Shown in pieces: positions 1-8,411 of a stretch of DNA of 36,699 nucleotides. Source of the DNA: Fimbriimonadales bacterium (GTDB taxonomy: Bacteria; Armatimonadota; Fimbriimonadia; Fimbriimonadales; JABRVX01); assembly GCA_045862955.1 (NCBI GenBank), contig BTVI01000033.1, positions 1 to 36,699 of the forward strand, given 5' to 3'. The stretch's first letter is position 1; the number at the start of each line of letters is the position of its first letter. A program made the translations under genes and the position numbers. The notes under the pieces are model-generated. The model was not told where the DNA came from. It was given only the letters and a program-made list of their open reading frames with translations, and did no database searches.

Positions 1-95
1 TGCGGAATCATCCCCTCCGGGTCTTGTGCAGGGCTGCGTACCAGTGAATGCCTTTGGATTCGAGAACCGCCGAGATTCGGCTCTCCGAAATGTTC

Positions 96-171
96 TGGGG
101 CGGCGAACGGGTCTCGAACCCGCGACCCCCTGAGCCACAGTCAGGTGCTCTACCACTGAGCTACCGCCGCC
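96..171 (-). tRNA. tRNA-His (GUG), with encoded G-1 and CCA
   Basis: Reverse complement reads G-GCGGCGGTAGCTCAGTGGTAGAGCA-CCTGA-CTGTGGC-TCAGG-GGGTCGCGGGTTCGAGACCCGTTCGCCGC-C-CCA: cloverleaf, anticodon GTG, G-1:C73 identity pair. Confidence 0.97.
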
Positions 172-179
172 ATCCATCT

Positions 180-421
180 CGCTCTCGTCACGGCCGCTGA
201 CAAAGGCCCGGAGAGGCCCTAGCGCCCATCCAGCGGTCCACATCGCGCCGCTCGCCGGCAAGGTGGACTGGGCCGACGAGGACCTCCCGCATCAGCCTCG
301 CGCTCGCCATAGTCCGCGGCGGCGTGCATAGCATCCCCGCTAGCCTGGGGGCACCGTGCCAGGATGAGTTAGACGCCCAACGGCCTCGCCCCCAGACGCG
401 TAGCGCAAGGCCCCGAGAGCG
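180..421 (-). ncRNA. Putative structured non-coding RNA/leader upstream of tRNA-His
   Basis: No credible ORF. Nested long-range stems 414-421/180-187, 402-412/215-226 and 384-395/268-281. The 5' arm begins ~6-7 nt downstream of a TAGAAT -10 box (427-432). Confidence 0.4.
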
Positions 422-668
422 CGCCGATTCTACCTCGCATCAAACACCCCGCGGCAACGCCCCTAGGGGCCCCAGGGGCGAGTACGTTCGGGACTGAACC
501 GCTCACGCCGGCGGCGGCACCGAGCTGTGGCCACCGGACCCGCAGAACGCGCCGAGCGCCCAAGCGCTAGGGTGCAGCCTTGCGCACCCCGCCGACGCGC
601 ACGCCGAGCCGCAGGTGCGCGACGAGGCGCGGCCACCGCGTGCCGGCTTCCTGGGCTACAATCTCTCC

Positions 669-2870
669 ATGCTAGGACTTCTACTGGCCCTCCTGACCCT
701 CACTCCGCACTCCTTCGGCTGGAACGACACGGACTTCCTTCTGGACGGACAGCCGTTCGTCATCCGTGCGGGCGAGGTCCACTTCAGCCGCATTCCGCGC
801 GAGTATTGGCAGCACCGACTCCGCATGGTTCGTGCAATCGGCTGCAACACCGTGTGCGCCTACCTTTTTTGGAACGTCCACGAGCCCGAGCCCGGCAAGT
901 TCGACTTCCGCGGGCAAGCCGACGCGGCAGCCTTCTGTCGCATGGCACAGCAGGAAGGGCTGAAAGTGATTCTGCGCCCCGGGCCCTACTCGTGCGCGGA
1001 GTGGGACGGAGGGGGGTTCCCGTACTGGCTTCTGAAGAACCCCGACATCAAGCTCCGCACCCGGGACCCGGTCTATCTCGCCGCCGTCAAGCGCTACCTG
1101 CTAGCAGTGGGCAGACAGCTTGCCCCCCTCGAGTGGTCGCGCGGCGGCCCGATTCTGATGGTTCAGGTCGAGAACGAATACGGCAGCTACGAAAGCGATA
1201 GGGAGTACATCGGTGTGCTGCGCGACTACCTGAAAGAAGCGGGCTTTGCCGGGCCGTTCGTCACCTGCGACGGCCCTTCGCAGCTAAAGAACGACACGCG
1301 TGACGACATCTTCTGCATGGTGAACTTCGGCAGCGACCCGGAGGGTGCTTTCCGCGCACTACGAGAGGTCCGTCCCAAGGGACCTCTCCTGTGCGGCGAG
1401 TACTACCCTGGCTGGTTCGACCACTGGGGTGGCAGACACGCGAGGGGTGACACGGAGCGGATTCTTAGAGATCTGGAGTACATGTTAGCGCACCGAGCAT
1501 CGTTCAGCATCTACATGGTGCATGGAGGTACATCGTTCGGTTTCACCGCAGGTGCGAACAGCCCGCCTTACAGACCGATTGTCGGAAGCTATGACTATGA
1601 TGCACCGATCACCGAGAATGGCGACCCGACGCCGAAGTTTCACGCGATCAGGGAGCTGATGGCGAGGTACTTGCTGCCGGGCGAGTCCCTACCACCTATT
1701 CCGGACCCGATCCCCGTGATTAGTACCCCGTCGGTCCGACTGACCCCCGTAACGCCGCTCCTCGCGAGCTTGTCGAAGCCGCGCAAGTCCGAAACGCCAC
1801 TCACGATGGAGGCATGCGACCAAGCAAGCGGTCTGATCCTATACCGGACGAAGCTGCCACCCGGCCCAGCTGCCCGATTGACAGTACGCGAACCCCACGA
1901 TTATGCGATCGTAATGCTGGATGGCAGACGTCTCGGGACCTTGGATCGCAGGCTGTCGCAAAACTCTTTGGACATCCCCGAGCGGGTCGCGACTTCCACG
2001 CTGGACATCCTGGTGGAGGCCATGGGTCGTGTGACGTATGGGCAGGATCTCCATGACCGTAAGGGTATCACTGACAGCGTTTCGGTCACGACAGCCGAAG
2101 GGGAGACAACACTCAAAGGCTTCGAGATATACAGCTTGCGGTTAGATGCCAACTGGTTGTCCAACCTTCGTCCAAGAGGGCCCGGTGGTGGGCCCCTCGT
2201 GTATCGCGGAGCGTTGCAGGTAGATGACGTGGGTGATACCTTTCTCGACATGCGCGCGTGGAACAAAGGCTTGGTGTGGGTGAATGGACACAACCTCGGT
2301 AGGTATTGGCGTATCGGGCCGCAGCAGACGATGTATGTGCCGGGAGCGTGGTTGCACAAAGGGAAAAACGACGTGGTAGTGCTGGACCTCGGGGAGACAG
2401 TGGACGACCCGGTAGTACGTGGGCTGCAACGTCCGATTCTCGACCATCAACGCTCGGAAGTGCGTGTATCGCGTCAGGCAGATCAGCTTTTGCAGCTCGA
2501 GGGTGTCCCAACGGTGGGGGAGGAGGCGTTCGAGGTAGGACGGTTGCCCACCGACCTGTGCTTCCATGCGGCAGTGGGCTGCTATGTGTGCTTCGAGTCG
2601 CCGAGTGCCTGCGACGCCCACCCATTTGCGAACTGCGCAGAGCTCCTCGTCCTCGATGGCAAGGAAGCACTGCTTCCGAGGACCAGCTGGAAGGCGCTAT
2701 ATGCTGACAGCGAGGAGCTGTTCGCGATGCCGGGCCGGGCAGCGTTCGCCCTGGACGGCGACAGCAGCACGATCTGGCACAACCAGTTTGCATTGCCCCC
2801 ACCATCTCGCCCCATGGCAACTCCCGGTGGGCCTGTACGAGGTGGTCGCACTGAGTGGCATCCGCTATGA
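669..2870 (+). CDS. Glycoside hydrolase family 35 beta-galactosidase, secreted, with a degenerate/frameshifted C-terminal F5/8 (CBM32) domain
   Basis: GH35 motifs GEVHFSRIP, LRPGPYSCAEWDGGG, QVENEYG, EYYPGWFDHWG, YMVHGGTSFG, SYDYDAP, NLGRYWRIGPQ. Start placed at ATG 669 (hydrophobic signal MLGLLLALL, with TACAAT 6 nt upstream). Confidence 0.92.
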   Translation: MLGLLLALLTLTPHSFGWNDTDFLLDGQPFVIRAGEVHFSRIPREYWQHRLRMVRAIGCNTVCAYLFWNVHEPEPGKFDFRGQADAAAFCRMAQQEGLKVILRPGPYSCAEWDGGGFPYWLLKNPDIKLRTRDPVYLAAVKRYLLAVGRQLAPLEWSRGGPILMVQVENEYGSYESDREYIGVLRDYLKEAGFAGPFVTCDGPSQLKNDTRDDIFCMVNFGSDPEGAFRALREVRPKGPLLCGEYYPGWFDHWGGRHARGDTERILRDLEYMLAHRASFSIYMVHGGTSFGFTAGANSPPYRPIVGSYDYDAPITENGDPTPKFHAIRELMARYLLPGESLPPIPDPIPVISTPSVRLTPVTPLLASLSKPRKSETPLTMEACDQASGLILYRTKLPPGPAARLTVREPHDYAIVMLDGRRLGTLDRRLSQNSLDIPERVATSTLDILVEAMGRVTYGQDLHDRKGITDSVSVTTAEGETTLKGFEIYSLRLDANWLSNLRPRGPGGGPLVYRGALQVDDVGDTFLDMRAWNKGLVWVNGHNLGRYWRIGPQQTMYVPGAWLHKGKNDVVVLDLGETVDDPVVRGLQRPILDHQRSEVRVSRQADQLLQLEGVPTVGEEAFEVGRLPTDLCFHAAVGCYVCFESPSACDAHPFANCAELLVLDGKEALLPRTSWKALYADSEELFAMPGRAAFALDGDSSTIWHNQFALPPPSRPMATPGGPVRGGRTEWHPL

Positions 2871-2961
2871 GCCACGGCCGACAGGGCAGCGGGGGAAGCC
2901 CCGATGGCACCGCGCTTACGGGGCCTCCCACACCAACCGGAAGCCTAATCTCTCTTAAGTG

Positions 2962-5475
2962 CTACGGTATCTTAACCAGCTTCACACAGGCTTCCTTGTG
3001 AAGCGCTTGTCCCGACAGCGGGTCCGCTTTTGTCGGTCGCAAGTAGGAGTCGGATGTACCACGACTCTTCGCATTTCTACCTAGCGCGGTATGTCCGAAT
3101 CCGTGTTGGAGCCCGACTACATCCGGGTGAATGCGCTCAGAGACACGGACCGTAGCCTTTGTCTTACCGTATGGGGAAACTACCATCACACTATCACCGG
3201 TCTTCAGCCCGTGTTTCGCCGCGGTAGTAGGATGCACTATCAGCGGGTTGGTCGGCTTGATTCCGAGCAGCAACTCGTTGTTCTGGGTGCGCGAGTGCGT
3301 GTGACTCGCTTCCTTCCAGTTGATCAGGTAGTACGGGAACTCCGCGGATGGTTGCCAGTCTCTGGGCTCGTAGGCAGGCAGCGGGTTCACACGCTTGCCG
3401 GTAGCATCCAGCTTCCCATCGAGGGTCTTCGAGAAGAACTCGACCTTGCCACTCGGAGTCCCGAAGCCTTTCACCGCACGACCACCTATGACGGTTCCGA
3501 TCCGCTTCCCACCGCTATCCTTGGGCTTATCGTATATCGCTGTCCCATCGCGGCTGCGGTCACCGTCGAACCAGGCGGTGGCGAGCTGAGCTTCGGTTAG
3601 TGGAGCGGCATACTTTTCATATGCGGTTCCCTTCGTCGAGACCCACACGGCGCCGGGAAGTTCCTTGAGCTGCGCCAGAGTGATCTTCGGAGCCCCTTGG
3701 AGCAACTCGTTGGACAGGTAGTCCTCATACCATGCTGTTAGGTTTTCGATTGGTTGTCCTGTCGTCGGCCCGATCGTGAAGAAGTCTCTGCCGTTGCCGT
3801 CACGCAGGCCAAGCCTACGCCCCAACGCGGCGACAGTTTCGTACTCGGCGAGCTGTCCGAACATGGGCTTGACCACGGGCTGACGGAGGCCCAAAACGGG
3901 CCAGGTGACCCAGTGGCTGTTCAGGTCATATCGCTCGAGATACACCGTTCCTGGCAACACGTAGTCTGCCAGCTGTGCGGTCTCACTGAGCATAGTATCA
4001 ACCACGACGAGTGTCTCCAGCTTCGCGAGGGCCTTGGCAACCACCTGACTCCCCGGTACCGCCATCATGGGGTTCTGGAAGATGCACATCAGCATCTTGG
4101 GCTGGTAAGGGCCCTTATCCTCTGCCAGGTTTTCGAACAGCTTGCAGTACACCCCCGAGCTGTGTCCCAAAGGGAAGCGATTCAGCTCGTCGAACCTCGG
4201 TTGAGACAGAGTCTTCTTGGCCGTCTCATCGGGTGTCACCTCTACATGCTTGTTCCCTTGTTTGTCGGGAATGATCATGGTGCCGGGGCGATCATAGCCG
4301 CCGATGAGCGCTGCCAGCGCCGCGATCGCGCGGCCTCCCTGGACTCCGTTGCTGTGCTGTCCCGGGCCGCTCCATACGTCTACACAAGCCGGCTTGATGG
4401 TTGCAACCTCGCGCGCCAGACGCTCGATCGTCTCGGCGGGGATCCCCGTGATTTCACTAGCCCAGGCTGGCGACTTGTCGCGTACGTATGCAGCGAACTT
4501 ATCGAAGCCTTCGGTCCATGTGGTCACGAACTGCTCATCGTACAGTCGCTCAGCGATGATGACATGACACATAGCCAAGGCCAAAGCACCGTCGGTGCCG
4601 GGGCGAATTGCCACCCACTCGTGCGCCTTAGCAGCAGTGTCGGACAGGTACGGGTCCACGACTACCAGCCGGGCACCACGCTCGATACCTCGAGTGAGGA
4701 TACGAGGCAGATACACCCACTTGATCGCGCTGGTAGGGTTCCAACCAAACAGCAGAATGTATTTGGACTGGATGAAGTCCGCGAGGGGCCTATCGTGGCC
4801 CATCACCGACTTAAACGATGCTTTACGAGCAACGTCGCACAGGTTAGAGTGCATTCCGTAGTTCGGCGTGCCATAGAGCTTACAGAAGTCCTGTTGGATA
4901 TGAGTGAAGGAGTGGTCCTCGCTGATCCATAGCAGCTTGTGTGCATCGCCGGCTTCGCGCAGCTGTTTCATCTTGGAGGCAATCTCCGACAGTGCCTGCT
5001 CCCAACTGATCTCTTGCCACTTCGGATCGGCACCTGGGAACTTATCGGGATTGCCACGCTTCAGCGGTACCTTCACGCGATCGGGGTCGTAGAGCTGCAA
5101 GATTCCGGCGTGTCCCTTTGCACATATCGAGCCACCCTCAGCGCACCCGTACTGCTCGGTATAGCCCTCGAAAAAGTCCGTGGAGATGTTCGAGTAGTTG
5201 TTAGGGTTCCAATGGTTGGGCTCGATCTTGGTGACGACTCCATCCACGACGTGAACCAGAATGCCGGACTGCCCGCCGCACATGTTGCAGCATGAAGGAA
5301 TCCACTCACCGGCCTCTCGACCCCACTGCCGCCGTCCCTCCGCATTTCGCGAGAGCGATCGCTTCTCCGGCACTGTAGGCGCTTGAGTGCGCCCAGCAAC
5401 TCCTCCCAGAGCGGCCGCAGCGGTTGCGGTTTTCAGGAACATCCTTCGGCCAATCTTCTCATCGTATACGTACAT
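2962..5475 (-). CDS. Tat-exported molybdopterin (DMSO reductase family) oxidoreductase catalytic subunit, PsrA/PhsA/ArrA-like
   Basis: GRRMFLK twin-arginine signal, N-terminal Fe-S motif CNMCGGQS...CAKG, YDPDR, HSNLC (Cys Mo ligand), RPGTD, ADYVLP, molydop-binding C-terminus. RBS GGGGAGGAG before ATG 5475. Confidence 0.9.
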   Translation of the reverse strand: MYVYDEKIGRRMFLKTATAAAALGGVAGRTQAPTVPEKRSLSRNAEGRRQWGREAGEWIPSCCNMCGGQSGILVHVVDGVVTKIEPNHWNPNNYSNISTDFFEGYTEQYGCAEGGSICAKGHAGILQLYDPDRVKVPLKRGNPDKFPGADPKWQEISWEQALSEIASKMKQLREAGDAHKLLWISEDHSFTHIQQDFCKLYGTPNYGMHSNLCDVARKASFKSVMGHDRPLADFIQSKYILLFGWNPTSAIKWVYLPRILTRGIERGARLVVVDPYLSDTAAKAHEWVAIRPGTDGALALAMCHVIIAERLYDEQFVTTWTEGFDKFAAYVRDKSPAWASEITGIPAETIERLAREVATIKPACVDVWSGPGQHSNGVQGGRAIAALAALIGGYDRPGTMIIPDKQGNKHVEVTPDETAKKTLSQPRFDELNRFPLGHSSGVYCKLFENLAEDKGPYQPKMLMCIFQNPMMAVPGSQVVAKALAKLETLVVVDTMLSETAQLADYVLPGTVYLERYDLNSHWVTWPVLGLRQPVVKPMFGQLAEYETVAALGRRLGLRDGNGRDFFTIGPTTGQPIENLTAWYEDYLSNELLQGAPKITLAQLKELPGAVWVSTKGTAYEKYAAPLTEAQLATAWFDGDRSRDGTAIYDKPKDSGGKRIGTVIGGRAVKGFGTPSGKVEFFSKTLDGKLDATGKRVNPLPAYEPRDWQPSAEFPYYLINWKEASHTHSRTQNNELLLGIKPTNPLIVHPTTAAKHGLKTGDSVMVVSPYGKTKATVRVSERIHPDVVGLQHGFGHTALGRNAKSRGTSDSYLRPTKADPLSGQALHKEACVKLVKIP

Positions 5476-5515
5476 CGCTGTCTCCTCCCCTATCAATATG
5501 CGGTTGCCCCTGCTG

Positions 5516-6394
5516 CTACAGCAGGTAGTAGACATTCGGCTCGAGGCCGAGCGACTCGTGGAGACGTACCCGCTTCCGCTTTGTCCTCAACAGGCGCGAC
5601 ACATCACTGTCCGGGTCGTTGAAGTCGCCGAAGTGAATGGCATGACCAGTACAGGTCTTAGCACAAGCGGGCCAACGCCCTGCCTTCTTGGAGTAGTTAC
5701 CGTTCTCGTCCTGGAGGTGCAAGCAGAACGTACACTTTCGAGCCTTGTAGATTGGGGGCTCGTCTTCCTTGCGTCTCCGATACTGCTCGTACTCGGGCGA
5801 CGGTACTCGGGCGAACGCGTCACTCGATTCGAAAACGACGTAGTTCTTGCCCTCATCGAATGACCTTGCCCCATATGGGCACGCCTCGACGCACGCCTGG
5901 CATCCGATGCAGAGATCGTAGTCAACTACGACAATGCCATCCTCCGCCCGCTTGTAGGTGGCTGCCTTCGGTTTTACGGGACATACGGGTAGACAGGCAG
6001 GCCTCTCGCAGTGAAAACACGGCTGCGTCAAGAAGACCGGCCGGTCGTTGCGCATCTTTCCTAGATATGTCTCAGTGACCTTGTTGTAGTCTACTCCCGG
6101 CGGCGTCTTGTTCTCCATCTTGCATGCCGCGACACAGGAGCGGCAGCCTACGCACCGCCGCACGTCTATCACCATGCCGTAGCGTTTCTTCGTACGAACA
6201 GGCGATGCAACGGCTGTTAGGTTTGAAGCCGCCTTCAGCGGCGAGGTTGCACCTAGTGCAACAGCGAGGGCTCCGGCACCCATCTTGACGAGTGTGCGAT
6301 TGAGTTCGCGGCGAGTCATGACGGTATCGTCCCGAGATCGGGTCCCGTTGGTTGCTCGACTCTCGGGAGTCGCAACGGATGAGCTCTTGTCCAT
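5516..6394 (-). CDS. 4Fe-4S dicluster electron-transfer subunit (PsrB/TtrB/NrfC-like)
   Basis: YGMVID-CVGCRSCVAAC, CFHCERPACLPVCP, CIGCQACVEACP, KCTFC...PACAKTC, PNVYYL; N-terminal TRREL plus a hydrophobic stretch (Tat-like); RBS AAGGAG. Confidence 0.92.
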   Translation of the reverse strand: MDKSSSVATPESRATNGTRSRDDTVMTRRELNRTLVKMGAGALAVALGATSPLKAASNLTAVASPVRTKKRYGMVIDVRRCVGCRSCVAACKMENKTPPGVDYNKVTETYLGKMRNDRPVFLTQPCFHCERPACLPVCPVKPKAATYKRAEDGIVVVDYDLCIGCQACVEACPYGARSFDEGKNYVVFESSDAFARVPSPEYEQYRRRKEDEPPIYKARKCTFCLHLQDENGNYSKKAGRWPACAKTCTGHAIHFGDFNDPDSDVSRLLRTKRKRVRLHESLGLEPNVYYLL

Positions 6395-6405
6395 ACCAAT
6401 CTCCT

Positions 6406-7566
6406 TTAGAACTTGATGTCGGCACGAAGCGATATGCGTCGCTCGTCGGGCTTGCCCGATCCGCTCGCATACTCCACGGTCTCGTAATCTAACAGTGCGA
6501 GCACGTTCGAGCTGAATCGGTGACCAACACCGAAAATCCAGCGCTCGACGTTATTGTCTGCTATCTCGTCATCGGGGTCCAAATGGTCGAAGCGTGCAAG
6601 GATGTCCCACTTGCGCGCATCCGCCCCCCCGCCAAAGGTGCCGAGATTCACAACCCCGTACAGCGAGTACCCCAGTGCATCCGAAACCTGACCGGAACGC
6701 GCGCCGAGGCTCGGGTACCGCGCCTTCATCTTGTCTGCGGGATCCGAAGCCCAAAGGTACTCCGCTCCAAGGTAGCCCGAGCCCGCCTTTCGATAGCCGA
6801 GTTGCACGATCGCGCGTTGACGATCTCGCGGCCCCGAAATCACATCGTCGTACGCGCCGGTAGAGACGAACCCGGACACGAAGAGGTTCTTGACTTCCTC
6901 TCGGCTCTTGGCGAAGGGGAATGCGGTTACCCGCAGGTGGAAGTCCTTGTGCTTGCCGCGCTCTGGGCTCTTCCAGCCCTCTCCGTTCACGAATGCCGCG
7001 TGCCAAGTGCCGTAGCCATCCGGGATCGCCCCGCCGAAGCTGAGACCCAGGTCCGTCGAGCTCAAGTAGCCAGAACGGTCCGAAAACACGGTCCCCTGTA
7101 CGCGATAGCCCCAGAGGTCTTCTTGGAACGGCACCCAGGGCTGCGGTGCTTGCCCGACGCGCACGAAGCCGGAGCGATACAGCGCATCCGTCACCTCGTA
7201 GAAGAAGTACTTCGTCTCGACATCCATCGTTGTCGAGGTCTTCTCGAGGTTGCCGCCAGACAGACGATACTCCGAATCACGGATCTCGCCGCCCTCCAGC
7301 GTGTATTGCACCACGCTCTTATCCGATACCTTGGACTTGAATGTCAAGTACACGCGGTCCACCGCAAACTCGTTGAAGTCGTCCTTGGACGAGGCCAGTT
7401 CGTAGCCATAGCGAAGGAAGGCGCGCCCGGAGATCGAGAGCCGGTTGACCCAGTCCGGGACAGAACGGTCGTTGCTGCCGCGATCCTGAGCCGAGACAGC
7501 GGTACACATGCTCATGGCAACCACGAAGTTGGTTGCGAGTGCGGTCACCCGATGAATGTTATCCAT
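6406..7566 (-). CDS. Putative outer-membrane beta-barrel porin
   Basis: Signal peptide (AVSA-Q), alternating amphipathic strands rich in Gly/aromatics, C-terminal Phe signature ISLRADIKF; RBS GAGG before ATG 7566; 11 bp upstream of the Fe-S gene. Confidence 0.75.
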   Translation of the reverse strand: MDNIHRVTALATNFVVAMSMCTAVSAQDRGSNDRSVPDWVNRLSISGRAFLRYGYELASSKDDFNEFAVDRVYLTFKSKVSDKSVVQYTLEGGEIRDSEYRLSGGNLEKTSTTMDVETKYFFYEVTDALYRSGFVRVGQAPQPWVPFQEDLWGYRVQGTVFSDRSGYLSSTDLGLSFGGAIPDGYGTWHAAFVNGEGWKSPERGKHKDFHLRVTAFPFAKSREEVKNLFVSGFVSTGAYDDVISGPRDRQRAIVQLGYRKAGSGYLGAEYLWASDPADKMKARYPSLGARSGQVSDALGYSLYGVVNLGTFGGGADARKWDILARFDHLDPDDEIADNNVERWIFGVGHRFSSNVLALLDYETVEYASGSGKPDERRISLRADIKF

Positions 7567-7640
7567 CCTCTTTGCTCCGAATGTTGTGGTGGGACTCCCC
7601 CACATGCAGGTCGTCGTGGCTCCCGCACAGCCCCCCGAGT

Positions 7641-7658
7641 TTGTGAAATAAATCATTC
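7641..7658. promoter_or_regulatory. Possible Rex/CRP/FNR-type operator upstream of the porin-FeS-Mo operon
   Basis: TTGTGAA-ATAA-ATCATTC: perfect Rex/CRP left half-site with a partial right half, in the only AT-rich patch of the intergenic region. Confidence 0.3.
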
Positions 7659-7841
7659 TCCAGACATGCCTAAAATTCCTTCTTTACATGCCGACGATGC
7701 CGTCTCGGTTCTCGATCATCCGGTTACGGGCCTGGGCGGCACTGGCCACAGCGGGTCTCCGACCCTGCGGAAACGAAGAACCGCCTTCCAACGTCCAACA
7801 ACATTGGATAGAGCGTTACCGCGCTGTCCGGGAGGTGCGAG

Positions 7842-8399
7842 ATGATACGAGGCATGACGTTGCCCGGCATGCTATTCGTCTGCTTGGTGGCCGCCTACGG
7901 TCAGGCCTTCGAGCCGGTCGGGCCGAACACGATTATCCAGGACAACCGTTGGGGGCCGTACACCGTGGACATCGTTCCCGGCCCGTTCGACCTGGAAGAG
8001 GCGAACCGGCGGGCGCTCGCAGCCGGCTGGCTCTCCGATCCTTACTTGCGCAACATCGTGCCTAGGATGTCCGAGACCTTGGACGTCGAGATTTCGGCCG
8101 ACGGCAAGCTTACGATTGCTTGGGACGGGCGAAGCGAGTTTCTCAGCGGCGCTTACGTTGCGCTCCTGGACAAGAGCAAGAAGGAAGTGCTCCGACACCG
8201 GTTCGAGAAGCTGCCCATCTCCTACAGCAAGGAACCGCCCAAAGAAGCCGCGTACTACCGCCTCGTCCTCACCTATGTGAACGGCGCGGTCAGCACCTTC
8301 ACCGGTCCAATCCAGGTACCCGCGAAGTCGGCCACCGAGGAGAAGACGCCGGCAAAGCAGCCCACGGTGAAGGACACCACCGGTCTTCTCGGCCCATAG
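7842..8399 (+). CDS. Hypothetical exported protein
   Basis: GGAGG RBS, N-terminal signal peptide, coding-like codon usage. Confidence 0.75.
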   Translation: MIRGMTLPGMLFVCLVAAYGQAFEPVGPNTIIQDNRWGPYTVDIVPGPFDLEEANRRALAAGWLSDPYLRNIVPRMSETLDVEISADGKLTIAWDGRSEFLSGAYVALLDKSKKEVLRHRFEKLPISYSKEPPKEAAYYRLVLTYVNGAVSTFTGPIQVPAKSATEEKTPAKQPTVKDTTGLLGP

Positions 8400-8411
8400 C
8401 GTCCGGCCGAG

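Noticed and set aside
1..95. Integrative element at tRNA-His (or at tRNA-Leu)
   Set aside because: No integrase or duplicated tRNA 3' end is visible; only 95 bp lie beyond tRNA-His, so this cannot be assessed
2962..5475. Assigning arrA, psrA or phsA as a gene symbol
   Set aside because: The ArrA GRY motif and a PsrC-type anchor are absent; specificity needs phylogeny
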